Source: Candidatus Poribacteria bacterium (GTDB taxonomy: Bacteria; Poribacteria; WGA-4E; PCPOR2b). From it: a stretch of DNA of 64,000 nt. The notes below the pieces were generated by a model that did no database searches, was not told the origin of the DNA, and worked only from the letters and a program-made list of their open reading frames with translations. Location of the stretch: positions 4,860,404 to 4,924,403 of the forward strand of contig OZ240245.1 in assembly GCA_965198175.1 (NCBI GenBank), given 5' to 3'. Positions 9,421 to 18,258 of this stretch are shown one piece after another. Within the stretch, counting starts at the first letter, position 1; every line of letters starts with the position of its first letter. The position numbers and the translations under genes were made by a program.

Positions 9421-11415
9421 GTGAATAAGCCACTACTTTCCCTTTTTTTGATTTTGCTTCTGGTTTCGACACCATGCCTCGCGGGCACCTTTGCCCAAGG
9501 CTATCAAGCCTACACCCAATGGAACTTGCCCGAAGGCGCTAAAGCCCGCCTAGGTAAAGGCAAGATATATAAGATAGAGTATTCTCCGGACGGCACTCAG
9601 CTAGCGGTCGCAACCTCCATCGGAACCTGGCTCTATGATGCGCATTCGTATCAAGAGCTCTCACTGCTCACCGGACATACCCTTGAAGTCCGGAGCTTAG
9701 CGTTCAGTCCCGACGGACACATGCTCGCAACCGGTAGCATCGACCTCACGATTCGTTTATGGGATGTTGCCACCGGCAGACACCTCTCCACGTTATCAGG
9801 GCATACGAATTGGGTCACTAGCTTGGCGTTTAGCCCCGATGGACAAACACTCGCAAGTGGAGGTGGGACGCTTGACGGAACAATCCGTTTATGGGATGTT
9901 TCCACAGGCAGATGTTTCCGAACACTATCCGATCATAGCGACGGTGTCTATAGCGTAGCGTTCAGTCCCGACGGGCAGACCCTCGCAACCGGAAGTGGCG
10001 ACGACACGATTCGTTTATGGGGTGCAAACACGGGTCGACATTTACGCACCCTATCATTAGATTTTCATGATGCGCATAGTCTTGGTGTGGATGTTATGGA
10101 TAGTGTCACTAGCGTAGCATTCAGCCCTGACGGGCAGACCCTCGCAGCCGGGTGTCGGAACGGCACTACTCATTTATGGCACGTTAGTACAGGCATCCTC
10201 CTCCGCACGCTGTCAGGGCATGCGCATGGAGTCCGCAGTGTAGCGTTTAGTCCCGATGGTCAAACCCTCGCAACCGGTAGCTGGGACAGGACTATCCGTC
10301 TGTCGAATGTATCGACAGGCAGTCTCCGCCGTACACTTACAGGGCATGCGGGTAACGTGCAGAGCGTAGTTTTTAGCCCGAATGGACGCACCCTCGCCAG
10401 TGGAAGTGCGGACAACACCATACGTTTGTGGGATTTTCGTACGGGAAGAAACATCCGCACCCTAACAGGACATACTCCTAATTCTCGTGTTACGAGTGTA
10501 GCGCTTTCGCCCGATTACCCTCGTACGCTCGCAAGCGGAAGTGAGGATGGCACCATACGTTTCTGGGATGTTGGTACAGGCATCCTCCTTCGCACACTGA
10601 CAGGACATACATCTCGGCGGGACAATACGTATAGTGTCCAGAGTGCAGCCGTCCTTTGCGTAGCGTTTAGTGACGACGGACAAACCCTCGCAAGCGGCGG
10701 CGGCGCCTTTACAGACGCATATAATTTGGGTTTCAGAGACGGCACCATACACTTGTGGGAGGTTAGCTCCGGCGTACACCTCCGCACGCTAAAAGGGCAC
10801 ACGGATTGCGTCGCGAGTGTAGCATTTCATCCAAGTGGGCAAACAATCGCTAGCGGGAGTCGGGACGGCACAGTATGTTTCTGGGATGTTTCGTCCGGCC
10901 GGCGCCGCCGAATACTAACAGGGCATACTGATAGTGTCGAGAGCGTAGCATTCAACCCCGGTGGACAGACCGTCGCAAGTGGGAGTTTGGACGGCACAAT
11001 ACGTTTATGGAACGTTAGTACGGGCAGAACTCTCCGTACTCTAACAGGGCATACAGATGGGGTCATTAGCTTAGTATTTTTGCCACGTGGACAGACTATC
11101 GCTAGCGGGAGTCGGGACGGCACAATACGTTTATGGGATGTTGCTACCGGCCGGCATCTCCGCACGCTGACTAAGGATAGCATTCCGGTGTATAGCTATA
11201 GCTTAGCGATTAATCCATTTGGCTCGACGCTCGCAAGCGGAAGCACTGACAGCACTATCCGTTTATGGGATGTTGCAACGGGTAGACTCCTCCGCACCCT
11301 CTCAAGCCCTACGCTTGGTGCCAATAGTGTTGCATTTGATGGACAAACCCTCGCAAGCGGCAGTTATGACGGCACAATACTGTTGTGGGAGCTTAAATCT
11401 GAAAGTGAACAGTAA
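9421..11415 (+). CDS. Secreted WD40-repeat protein (14 repeats, probably two 7-bladed propellers)
   Basis: Signal peptide; 14 GH...VAFSPDG.TLASGS.D.TIRLWD-type repeats counted; YTQWNLPEGAKARLGKG N-terminal segment. Confidence 0.93.
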   Translation: MNKPLLSLFLILLLVSTPCLAGTFAQGYQAYTQWNLPEGAKARLGKGKIYKIEYSPDGTQLAVATSIGTWLYDAHSYQELSLLTGHTLEVRSLAFSPDGHMLATGSIDLTIRLWDVATGRHLSTLSGHTNWVTSLAFSPDGQTLASGGGTLDGTIRLWDVSTGRCFRTLSDHSDGVYSVAFSPDGQTLATGSGDDTIRLWGANTGRHLRTLSLDFHDAHSLGVDVMDSVTSVAFSPDGQTLAAGCRNGTTHLWHVSTGILLRTLSGHAHGVRSVAFSPDGQTLATGSWDRTIRLSNVSTGSLRRTLTGHAGNVQSVVFSPNGRTLASGSADNTIRLWDFRTGRNIRTLTGHTPNSRVTSVALSPDYPRTLASGSEDGTIRFWDVGTGILLRTLTGHTSRRDNTYSVQSAAVLCVAFSDDGQTLASGGGAFTDAYNLGFRDGTIHLWEVSSGVHLRTLKGHTDCVASVAFHPSGQTIASGSRDGTVCFWDVSSGRRRRILTGHTDSVESVAFNPGGQTVASGSLDGTIRLWNVSTGRTLRTLTGHTDGVISLVFLPRGQTIASGSRDGTIRLWDVATGRHLRTLTKDSIPVYSYSLAINPFGSTLASGSTDSTIRLWDVATGRLLRTLSSPTLGANSVAFDGQTLASGSYDGTILLWELKSESEQ

Positions 11416-11455
11416 TGTATCCCATTTGGGAGAAATAAAATTGATGTCTATGGTT

Positions 11456-11490
11456 GTAGGTTGCGTTGAGCAATCAACGGACCGAACAGG
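11456..11490 (+). repeat. REP-like repeat family A (GTAGGTTG.GTTGAG...), partial copy
   Basis: GTAGGTTGCGTTGAGCAATCAACGG resembles the copies at 25817 and 29763. Confidence 0.6.
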
Positions 11491-11754
11491 ATTAACTGAG
11501 CAAATAGCAAAGGCGATAGAAAGCCCTGCACGAGAGTTTTTAAGCATTCACTAGTTTTCTAGCCACTGCGATAGTCCTGTAGTTATTCATAAGAAATCTT
11601 TGACGATAGTCTTCCGACGAAACACGGGACATAAAGTGCATGGGCGCCCCGAGTGGATTCTGCTTGTAACTTGTCAGGCTATATGTACTGCCACTGGTTT
11701 TGGATAATCGTGAGGTGTTCAATTTAGTGGAAGCGATTCGGGTTAATGAAAAAC

Positions 11755-11856
11755 GTTGGGTTACGCTAGGTGCGTATTACGAACCGCATCGTTCCCATTC
11801 GAAACGGTAATTCCAGAGTTTACAGTTTTAGGAAATACCCGCTTAACCCAACCTAC
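11755..11856 (-). repeat. REP-like repeat family A, long (about 100 bp) form
   Basis: Reverse strand reads GTAGGTTGGGTTAAGCG...AGCGTAACCCAAC, with self-complementary GTTGGGTT/AACCCAAC ends. Confidence 0.7.
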
Positions 11857-12273
11857 AGGAGTTTTTAGAATAAAATCCACCGAATGCACAGGTCGTCAGA
11901 TAATCTTAATACCCGTGACGATTCCGGATCTATGATTATGAATGCCTCAAGCGATTCTGAAGAATCACGAAGCATTCGGAATTATCTTGTTACTGATTTG
12001 AATGAAATAGATGCGATTTGAGAATTTCAACTAACATGATTCTAATTTTCATTCCAATCTAATAGGAACAAAAGTCAATGAATCGGAACAATAAACTATG
12101 GGATTTAACTGTCTTTGCTGCACAGTGTTTCATTTTCGCTGCGGTTCTTACTTGGATATTGGAAACGGTTTTTGGCTTGGATATGTCCGACAAATACATC
12201 AAAAAGATAATAATTGGCACGAAGCGTTTCCCAAATAAGGAGATAAGTCACGCAGACTATATCACGACCGACA

Positions 12274-12579
12274 ATGGCAACAGATGGAGCACAGATCGTT
12301 AATAACTGCCGAGTAAGTATCAATGCTTTTTTGCAAGACTTAATCAACAACTGGTCGTTTGATTGTCAGCACAAATCCGATGCCGAACTCGTAGAATCAT
12401 TAAAGTCCATTAAACAACTTTGTTCCGATTTCAACGAAGCGATTGGCGCTTACATTCAGGCTGTCGAGGCGGGCTCGTCCCTGCTTCCAAATACTTATTT
12501 GCCTCCTCAAAAAAACAGTCGGCTTTTTCTCGCTCTTGCTATATTACAACCCGCAACTTCTCATTCCGTTCCTGTTTAA
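12274..12579 (+). CDS. Hypothetical protein
   Basis: 101-aa ORF in an AT-rich stretch; no recognisable motif. Confidence 0.35.
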   Translation: MATDGAQIVNNCRVSINAFLQDLINNWSFDCQHKSDAELVESLKSIKQLCSDFNEAIGAYIQAVEAGSSLLPNTYLPPQKNSRLFLALAILQPATSHSVPV

Positions 12580-12731
12580 GTGCCTAACCTCTGTTATAAA
12601 CAACGTTCCCTGCACTAAATAGCCTAAATGTGGTATAATACATACGTCAAAACTAGAGTGGTTTCAAAGTCCGAAACCATAAACCACCTAAACAATAAAA
12701 CGATAAATTGAATTTTCTGGAGAGGTGAAAA

Positions 12732-13622
12732 ATGACGGAAAAACGAAGTTTCAAAAACCCGTACCATCAGACTCAGTCCGAACTCGCAGAATGGCTCGTG
12801 CTGTTTGCGCAGGACCATAGCACCGCCGAAGTCGCGGACGCGCTTGTCGATCGGTATCCGGAGCGTTCAAGCGGCGATCCAAAAGCCGACCGCCGCTTGG
12901 CGAAGGAAGCCGTCTGCACCGTCAACCCGAACGATAGCCGTTACAACGCAGAAAAATGGGCTAACCAATATAGGCTAATGCAGGCTAATTATTTTGAAGA
13001 ACGAGAAAACCGCATGCGGCAACTCGCATCCAAGTCTGTGAGCGCATTAAACGCTACATTTGACAATCTAGAATCTACAATTTCATCCCTTAGCCCAAAA
13101 GAGCAAATTTCGCTTGTTCCGAAAGCGCTGTTAACGCTAAGTCAAGCCGTTAAGAACGTCACACCGCCCGCTCCTCAAACCGAACCGGATATCTCGGAAG
13201 AGGATGCTGAATCTGAAGAAAGAGCTAAAACGCTAGCGGAATTAGAAGAACTTACGAGTCAAGAAATGGAGAAAATTGCCCGAGAAATGCTGTGGGAAGG
13301 GAAAAGCTTTGACGAAATAACAGCACGGACGTCCGTCGATGAAGACCAAATCAAAAATGACTTGGCGCGTCAATGGGTGGAAGACGAGGTAATCCGTATG
13401 ATAAATGGCGGAATGAATCGCGAGCAAATTCGCGGGCAAACCAAAATTCCCTATGCCTACATTGATTACCTAATGGACCACGCAGATGACCACAGAATAT
13501 ATCCGTTTGCCTTACAGGAAGAGGAACCGCCGACCGACTACGAGGAATCCGGAGCGCTATCAGACAACGGAAGTGGCGAGGATTTAGCTGCTGATTCGGA
13601 CGCAGCCCCCAATCTGTATTAA
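12732..13622 (+). CDS. Hypothetical protein with helical core, possible tandem C-terminal HTH-like motifs and acidic tail
   Basis: 296-aa ORF with GAGGTG RBS and upstream TGGTATAAT; family not recognised. Confidence 0.7.
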   Translation: MTEKRSFKNPYHQTQSELAEWLVLFAQDHSTAEVADALVDRYPERSSGDPKADRRLAKEAVCTVNPNDSRYNAEKWANQYRLMQANYFEERENRMRQLASKSVSALNATFDNLESTISSLSPKEQISLVPKALLTLSQAVKNVTPPAPQTEPDISEEDAESEERAKTLAELEELTSQEMEKIAREMLWEGKSFDEITARTSVDEDQIKNDLARQWVEDEVIRMINGGMNREQIRGQTKIPYAYIDYLMDHADDHRIYPFALQEEEPPTDYEESGALSDNGSGEDLAADSDAAPNLY

Positions 13623-13818
13623 ACCGTCAATCGTGGCCGCATCCCACGCAAACCATAGCGCTATTTTTCAAAGACGATGTGAATCGCGCTTATGGCTATT
13701 CAACTGCAGTAATGGTAGCAACTTCGACGTTGATTGTCACTGAAAAATTCAGTCTGATTCCTTATCAACGGGGCATTTAAATGTGTGTAAATTTAAATGC
13801 AAATGGCTATAAACGTAC

Positions 13819-14427
13819 ATGTCCCCCAAAATCTCAGGCATTATCCTCGCAGCCGGGCTGTCCACTCGCATCGGCGAACCGAAACAACTTCTGCCTTTCA
13901 GGGGAAGTACGATAATCGAAACCGTAATCGACAACCTGCTCGGATCGAAGCTCGACGAGGTGGTTGTTGTCGTAGGCCATGAAGCGGAAAAAATTAAAGC
14001 CTGCATCCGGCACAAACCGGTCAAGATTGTGTTCAATCCCGATTACCGGAACGGGATGCTAACATCTGCACAGTGCGGCGTGCGCGCTATCTCCGATTCG
14101 GCGGATGCGTTTGCGTTGACGCTCGTGGATCAACCGTTCATCACATCGAATCTAATTGATCTGGTCGTTGATGCGCATACACAAACTGACCGCGGGATTA
14201 CGATTCCGAGTTATGACAATCGTCGTGGACATCCCGTCATTTTCGATTGCCGTTATGCCGCTGATGTTCTCGCGCTTGAGCCGGAGAACGGCGGTGTCAG
14301 ATCGCTTTTTCGGAAAAATGCGTACGACATTCATTACGTCGTTGTCGATACCGATCATGTGATAAGAGACATCGACTATCGTAAAGATTACGAGGAAGCA
14401 TTAGGGGAAGCGGGAGCCCGCCGATAG
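13819..14427 (+). CDS. Molybdenum cofactor cytidylyltransferase (MocA)-like nucleotidyltransferase
   Basis: ILAAGLSTRIGEPKQLL, LVDQP, RGHPVIF and DID motifs. Confidence 0.85.
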   Translation: MSPKISGIILAAGLSTRIGEPKQLLPFRGSTIIETVIDNLLGSKLDEVVVVVGHEAEKIKACIRHKPVKIVFNPDYRNGMLTSAQCGVRAISDSADAFALTLVDQPFITSNLIDLVVDAHTQTDRGITIPSYDNRRGHPVIFDCRYAADVLALEPENGGVRSLFRKNAYDIHYVVVDTDHVIRDIDYRKDYEEALGEAGARR

Positions 14428-14507
14428 GAGTATCGGTTGGGCAATACGAATCACACTATACAGCATGGGAGATTCGATTTAGGCTTGATTTTTCTCGAAT
14501 AATACCA

Positions 14508-15467
14508 ATGAACATCCAACTATACTATTATATCCGCAGATTCTGGCTGTTTTCGTTGCTTCTTTTGCTGAACCTCAACGCGACACAGGTCATAGCCGCA
14601 CGATCTCTCTTTGAGACCACTGAAATTGGGGCGTCATATCTGGTCCAGGCACAAAACCCCGATGGAGGTTGGCCCCTCATCGCAGGCGGAGAGAGTGACG
14701 TTGAAGTCACAGCGCTTGTTATGCAAGCCCTGATGTTTACGGGTTGGGGCACAGGCTCAAGTGTAATTCGTAGAGGAGTGGTCTATCTGATAGCTCAACA
14801 GAAAGAAGACGGCAGTTGGAACGGAAACACAGTGCACACGGCTTTTGTCCTCATGGCGCTCGCACAAGCAGGAACCGATGCGGAGGCTCGGTTCAAGGGG
14901 CTCAAATGGCTAAAAGGGGTTCAAAACGAGGATGGGAGTTGGGGCCGCGAAATCTACCAACCCGGCAATCCCCTCTACACAGGCGCCATCTTGGCGGGTC
15001 TTAGAAGGCTCGGCTTCAAACAGAGCTTCTCCCCTATACCAAAAGCCACCAGTTGGCTTGAAAAACGAATCAACGTAGATGGTGGTTGGTCGTTGGCGCG
15101 TGGCGGGAGATCCAACGTTCTCGTTACGTCATGGGTATTGCAAGGCTTATCACTGGTCTACGATATTGACGCGCAACTTGCATGGTTAAAACAGATGCAA
15201 AATAAGGACGGCGGATTCGGCATACGGAAGAGTGAGCCCAGCGACCCTGAGATCACAGCTTATGCGATTCTGGCGCTAGTTGCAGGCGGAGATCCCCTAA
15301 ATACCGACAAGGTTGCTATCGGTTACTTGAGGGAAATCCAGCAGGAAGATGGAAGTTTTGTCAGCGCTACCCCTATTGAAATCAAGACGCCAAAGGCAAA
15401 TCTACAAACAACCAGCTTTGTCCTGTGGGCGATATATGCAAGGCAAGCCGAAGAAAGCTCGGAATAG
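14508..15467 (+). CDS. Secreted prenyltransferase/squalene-oxidase-repeat (QW-repeat) protein
   Basis: Signal peptide; repeats QNPDGGW, QKEDGSW, QNEDGSW, INVDGGW, QNKDGGF, QQEDGSF; no cyclase DxDD motif seen. Confidence 0.85.
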   Translation: MNIQLYYYIRRFWLFSLLLLLNLNATQVIAARSLFETTEIGASYLVQAQNPDGGWPLIAGGESDVEVTALVMQALMFTGWGTGSSVIRRGVVYLIAQQKEDGSWNGNTVHTAFVLMALAQAGTDAEARFKGLKWLKGVQNEDGSWGREIYQPGNPLYTGAILAGLRRLGFKQSFSPIPKATSWLEKRINVDGGWSLARGGRSNVLVTSWVLQGLSLVYDIDAQLAWLKQMQNKDGGFGIRKSEPSDPEITAYAILALVAGGDPLNTDKVAIGYLREIQQEDGSFVSATPIEIKTPKANLQTTSFVLWAIYARQAEESSE

Positions 15468-15471
15468 CCGC

Positions 15472-15571
15472 GTAGGTTCGGTTGAACGGTTATACCCAAT
15501 CCCCTTAAGGGCGGTTGAGTGTCTGACCTTCAACAATACCGGCTTATAGGACGAATTGAGTGAAACCCAAC
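15472..15571 (+). repeat. REP-like repeat family A, long form
   Basis: GTAGGTTCGGTTGAACGG...GAGTGAAACCCAAC. Confidence 0.7.
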
Positions 15572-15596
15572 ACAAACTCAACACAAGGAGATGTAA

Positions 15597-16361
15597 ATGC
15601 CGCAAATAGAAATAGGTATTGCTATCGTTGTAGGTTTGGTGCTTATCCTAACCTCCGTGCGCATTCTCAAAGAGTATGAACGAGCCGTAGTCTTTCGGCT
15701 CGGACGTTTAAGTGGCGTGCGGGGTCCCGGATTCGTTCTGCTGATTCCATTCTGGATTGAGCGGATGCAGCGAGTCAGCCTGCGTACCATTGTACAAGAT
15801 GTGACGCCTCAAGACGTAATCACCCGAGACAACGTCTCGGTAAACGTGAATGCAGTGCTGTCTTTTCGGGTCGTCAAACCGGAGAAGGCAGTTATCGAAG
15901 TAGAGGACTTCGGGTTTGCCATCAGCCAACTTGCTCAGACGACGCTTCGAAGTGTTCTCGGTCGTGCGGAACTCGATGAACTCCTGGCTGAACGAGAGAA
16001 ACTGAATCAGGACTTGGAGGAAATCATCAGAAAGCACAGCGAAGACTGGGGGGTTCACGTTCTTGCTATGGAAATCAAACACGTGGATCTCCCATCGGAA
16101 ATGCAACGTGCAATGGCAAAACAGGCGGAAGCGGAACGAGAACGCCGAGCGAAATTGACACATGCCGCGGGAGAGTTGGAATCCTCAACAGCGTTAACAG
16201 AGGCGGCGACAATTTTGAGCAGGAATCCGACCGGCATCCAGCTTCGCTTCTTACAAGCCCTCATCGAAGTGGCTGCCGAGAAAAACTCGACACTAGTCTT
16301 CCCAATCCCAATCGATCTACTAACCCCGTTTATAACAAAAAGCGATCTGCCGACCGAATAG
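15597..16361 (+). CDS. Stomatin/SPFH (slipin) family protein
   Basis: [30 protein letters not shown] and [13 protein letters not shown] motifs. Confidence 0.95.
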   Translation: MPQIEIGIAIVVGLVLILTSVRILKEYERAVVFRLGRLSGVRGPGFVLLIPFWIERMQRVSLRTIVQDVTPQDVITRDNVSVNVNAVLSFRVVKPEKAVIEVEDFGFAISQLAQTTLRSVLGRAELDELLAEREKLNQDLEEIIRKHSEDWGVHVLAMEIKHVDLPSEMQRAMAKQAEAERERRAKLTHAAGELESSTALTEAATILSRNPTGIQLRFLQALIEVAAEKNSTLVFPIPIDLLTPFITKSDLPTE

Positions 16362-16477
16362 TGAGGGATCAACTGAGTGAATAACGAGGGCGATAGTCTA
16401 TAGTCTTCGAAGGCTGTAAAATATATCGCCCTCCCTATTCGGTCGGATGATTCCCTCGCTATTAGCTCAATTGATCG
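16343..16477. repeat. Palindromic MITE-like repeat family C, doubled-arm copy
   Basis: Contains GACCGAATAG, GATCAACTGA, GGCGATAG...TATCGCCCTCCCTATTCGGTC and TTGATCG, matching the 23291-23371 palindrome. Confidence 0.7.
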
Positions 16478-16488
16478 GAGAAAAAACG

Positions 16489-17007
16489 ATGGAATCCTCG
16501 ACAAGCACTGAACAACATAGAAAGTTAGCTGAAGAACATGGTCCCGTCCCCGTGGCAATTGTCACTGTAAGTGACACGCGAACACCAGAAACAGATAAGA
16601 ATGCGGCATATCTTCGTCAGCAGTTGACAGAAGATGGGCACACTGTAACGGCGTATCAACTGATTAAGGACGAACCAACCCAGGTGGATGCTGTTCTCGA
16701 TGCGTTGGCGGACGGTGAGGCGCGTGTGATTCTGTTCAACGGCGGGACAGGGATTGCCCCGCGCGATAACACCTTTGATGTATTAAGCCGAAAACTTGAG
16801 AAGACCTTGCCCGGTTTCGGCGAGTTGTTTCGAATGTTTAGCTACAATCAGGTGGGCGCGGCAGCAATGCTTTCGCGCGCTACGGCAGGTGTATACCGTG
16901 GGAAAGTGGTCATCTCTACGCCGGGGTCGTCGGCAGCCGTGCAGTTAGCATGGGAGAAACTCATTGGTCCAGAGCTGCAACATCTAGCATGGGAGGTAGG
17001 ACGGTAA
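16489..17007 (+). CDS. moaB: Molybdopterin adenylyltransferase, MoaB/MogA family
   Basis: [27 protein letters not shown] and TPGS motifs; start placed at MESST after repeat C. Confidence 0.88.
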   Translation: MESSTSTEQHRKLAEEHGPVPVAIVTVSDTRTPETDKNAAYLRQQLTEDGHTVTAYQLIKDEPTQVDAVLDALADGEARVILFNGGTGIAPRDNTFDVLSRKLEKTLPGFGELFRMFSYNQVGAAAMLSRATAGVYRGKVVISTPGSSAAVQLAWEKLIGPELQHLAWEVGR

Positions 17008-17017
17008 GCCGAAGAGG

Positions 17018-17983
17018 CTAGTTCAGAAACGCTTCAATCTCCGATGCCGTCGGTAGTGCCGGAATACATCCCACCTGCTGCGTGCTCAATGCGCCTGCCG
17101 CATTCGCATAGGTCATGATGTTGCGGAGTTGACCCTCATTGAGTCGAAGTGGCTCTCGCCCCGCGCCTACCGTCTGCATCAACTTCACCAGCATCGCTGC
17201 AACAAACCCATCACCTGCGCCAAGCGGATCAACGACATCGACCTGAAATCCGTCTACATATCCCTGATTACTGCCATCGTTGTAATAACAGCCGTGCTCA
17301 CCTCGCGTCACGACGACCAGATCCACACCGACGTCCAGAATGCGTTCACTACCGCGTTGTAAATCCGATGTATCTGTCACAAATTCCCACTCCTCCTCGG
17401 CAAGTTTTGCAACATCTGCATACGGCATGGCTTCCCATATCCAGCGTTTAGCATCAGCCGGACTATCCCACAGCACCAACCGCAGATTCGGGTCGTAGGA
17501 CAGAAACGCACCGGCGTCCTTCGCACACTGTATCGCCTTTAGTGTTGCGTCACGGCTCGGCTGATGACTCAAACTGACGGATCCGTAATGGAACAAATCT
17601 GCAGATTGAAGGTAGGTTTCGTCGATTTCGTCAGGTGTGAGAAGCATATCTGCCCCGGGATTGCGATAACAAATGATGTCCTTCATCCCATCGGATCGCG
17701 TCGCAACAAATGCTAGTGTTGTGCGGCATCCTGTCCCCGATATGAGGCACGATGTATCGACACCGTTCTCTTCGAGCGTCGTTCGCAGGGAATCTCCAAA
17801 TGGGTCATCGCCAACTTTGCCGATAAACCCTGAATCTATCCCGACTCTCGACAATCCAACGGCGACATTCGCCGGCGCACCGCCTGGCGCTTTGGTGAAC
17901 CCGGCGCATTCTGCAAGGCACCTATCAGTTGTTGTTGAGACAAAATCAATGACCAACTCACCGATACAGATGGCTTTGGACAT
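17018..17983 (-). CDS. PfkB family carbohydrate kinase (fructokinase-like)
   Basis: PGGAPANVA, GKVGDDPFG, YDPNLR and DPLGAGDGF motifs. Confidence 0.93.
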   Translation of the reverse strand: MSKAICIGELVIDFVSTTTDRCLAECAGFTKAPGGAPANVAVGLSRVGIDSGFIGKVGDDPFGDSLRTTLEENGVDTSCLISGTGCRTTLAFVATRSDGMKDIICYRNPGADMLLTPDEIDETYLQSADLFHYGSVSLSHQPSRDATLKAIQCAKDAGAFLSYDPNLRLVLWDSPADAKRWIWEAMPYADVAKLAEEEWEFVTDTSDLQRGSERILDVGVDLVVVTRGEHGCYYNDGSNQGYVDGFQVDVVDPLGAGDGFVAAMLVKLMQTVGAGREPLRLNEGQLRNIMTYANAAGALSTQQVGCIPALPTASEIEAFLN

Positions 17984-18201
17984 ATTTCACCGCTTGTTCA
18001 GAAGGTAGTTCATGTTTTTCCAGGGGGCGCTACTTCGTTGAAGCGTTTCGGGATAATCTCAAAATTAGCGCCTAATGCGACCGTCCTTAAAGGTAGCACG
18101 GTTTGAAATAAGCTGCAAGTGAAATTTCGCGGAAATTTATCAAAACCGACAGTTGAGCGGATTATCACCTGCACTACCCAACGCATAATCATATTTCCCA
18201 A

Positions 18202-18230
18202 TTGACAAAAAACGTAGAAACAGTTATAAT
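18202..18230 (+). promoter_or_regulatory. Consensus sigma70 promoter of the helicase gene
   Basis: TTGACA-N17-TATAAT, 28 nt upstream of ATG 18259. Confidence 0.8.
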
Positions 18231-18258
18231 CATGCGGTGTATTATCGGGGAAACATAG

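Noticed and set aside
11680..11735. TGTACTGCCACTGG...TTCAATTTAGTGG, resembling IS ends, with a weak echo near 50175
   Set aside because: The similarity is short and imperfect, with no transposase or target duplication.
12078..12302. 74-aa ORF with one hydrophobic segment
   Set aside because: No recognisable family and it overlaps the next ORF, so it cannot be supported as a gene; mentioned only as part of the orphan islet.
14508..15467. Squalene-hopene or other terpene cyclase
   Set aside because: Only one barrel, a signal peptide and no DxDD catalytic motif.
13819..17007. mocA-like, QW-repeat, stomatin and moaB genes as one functional system
   Set aside because: The genes are separated by repeats and have no evident functional link beyond two Moco genes; most likely ordinary clustering.
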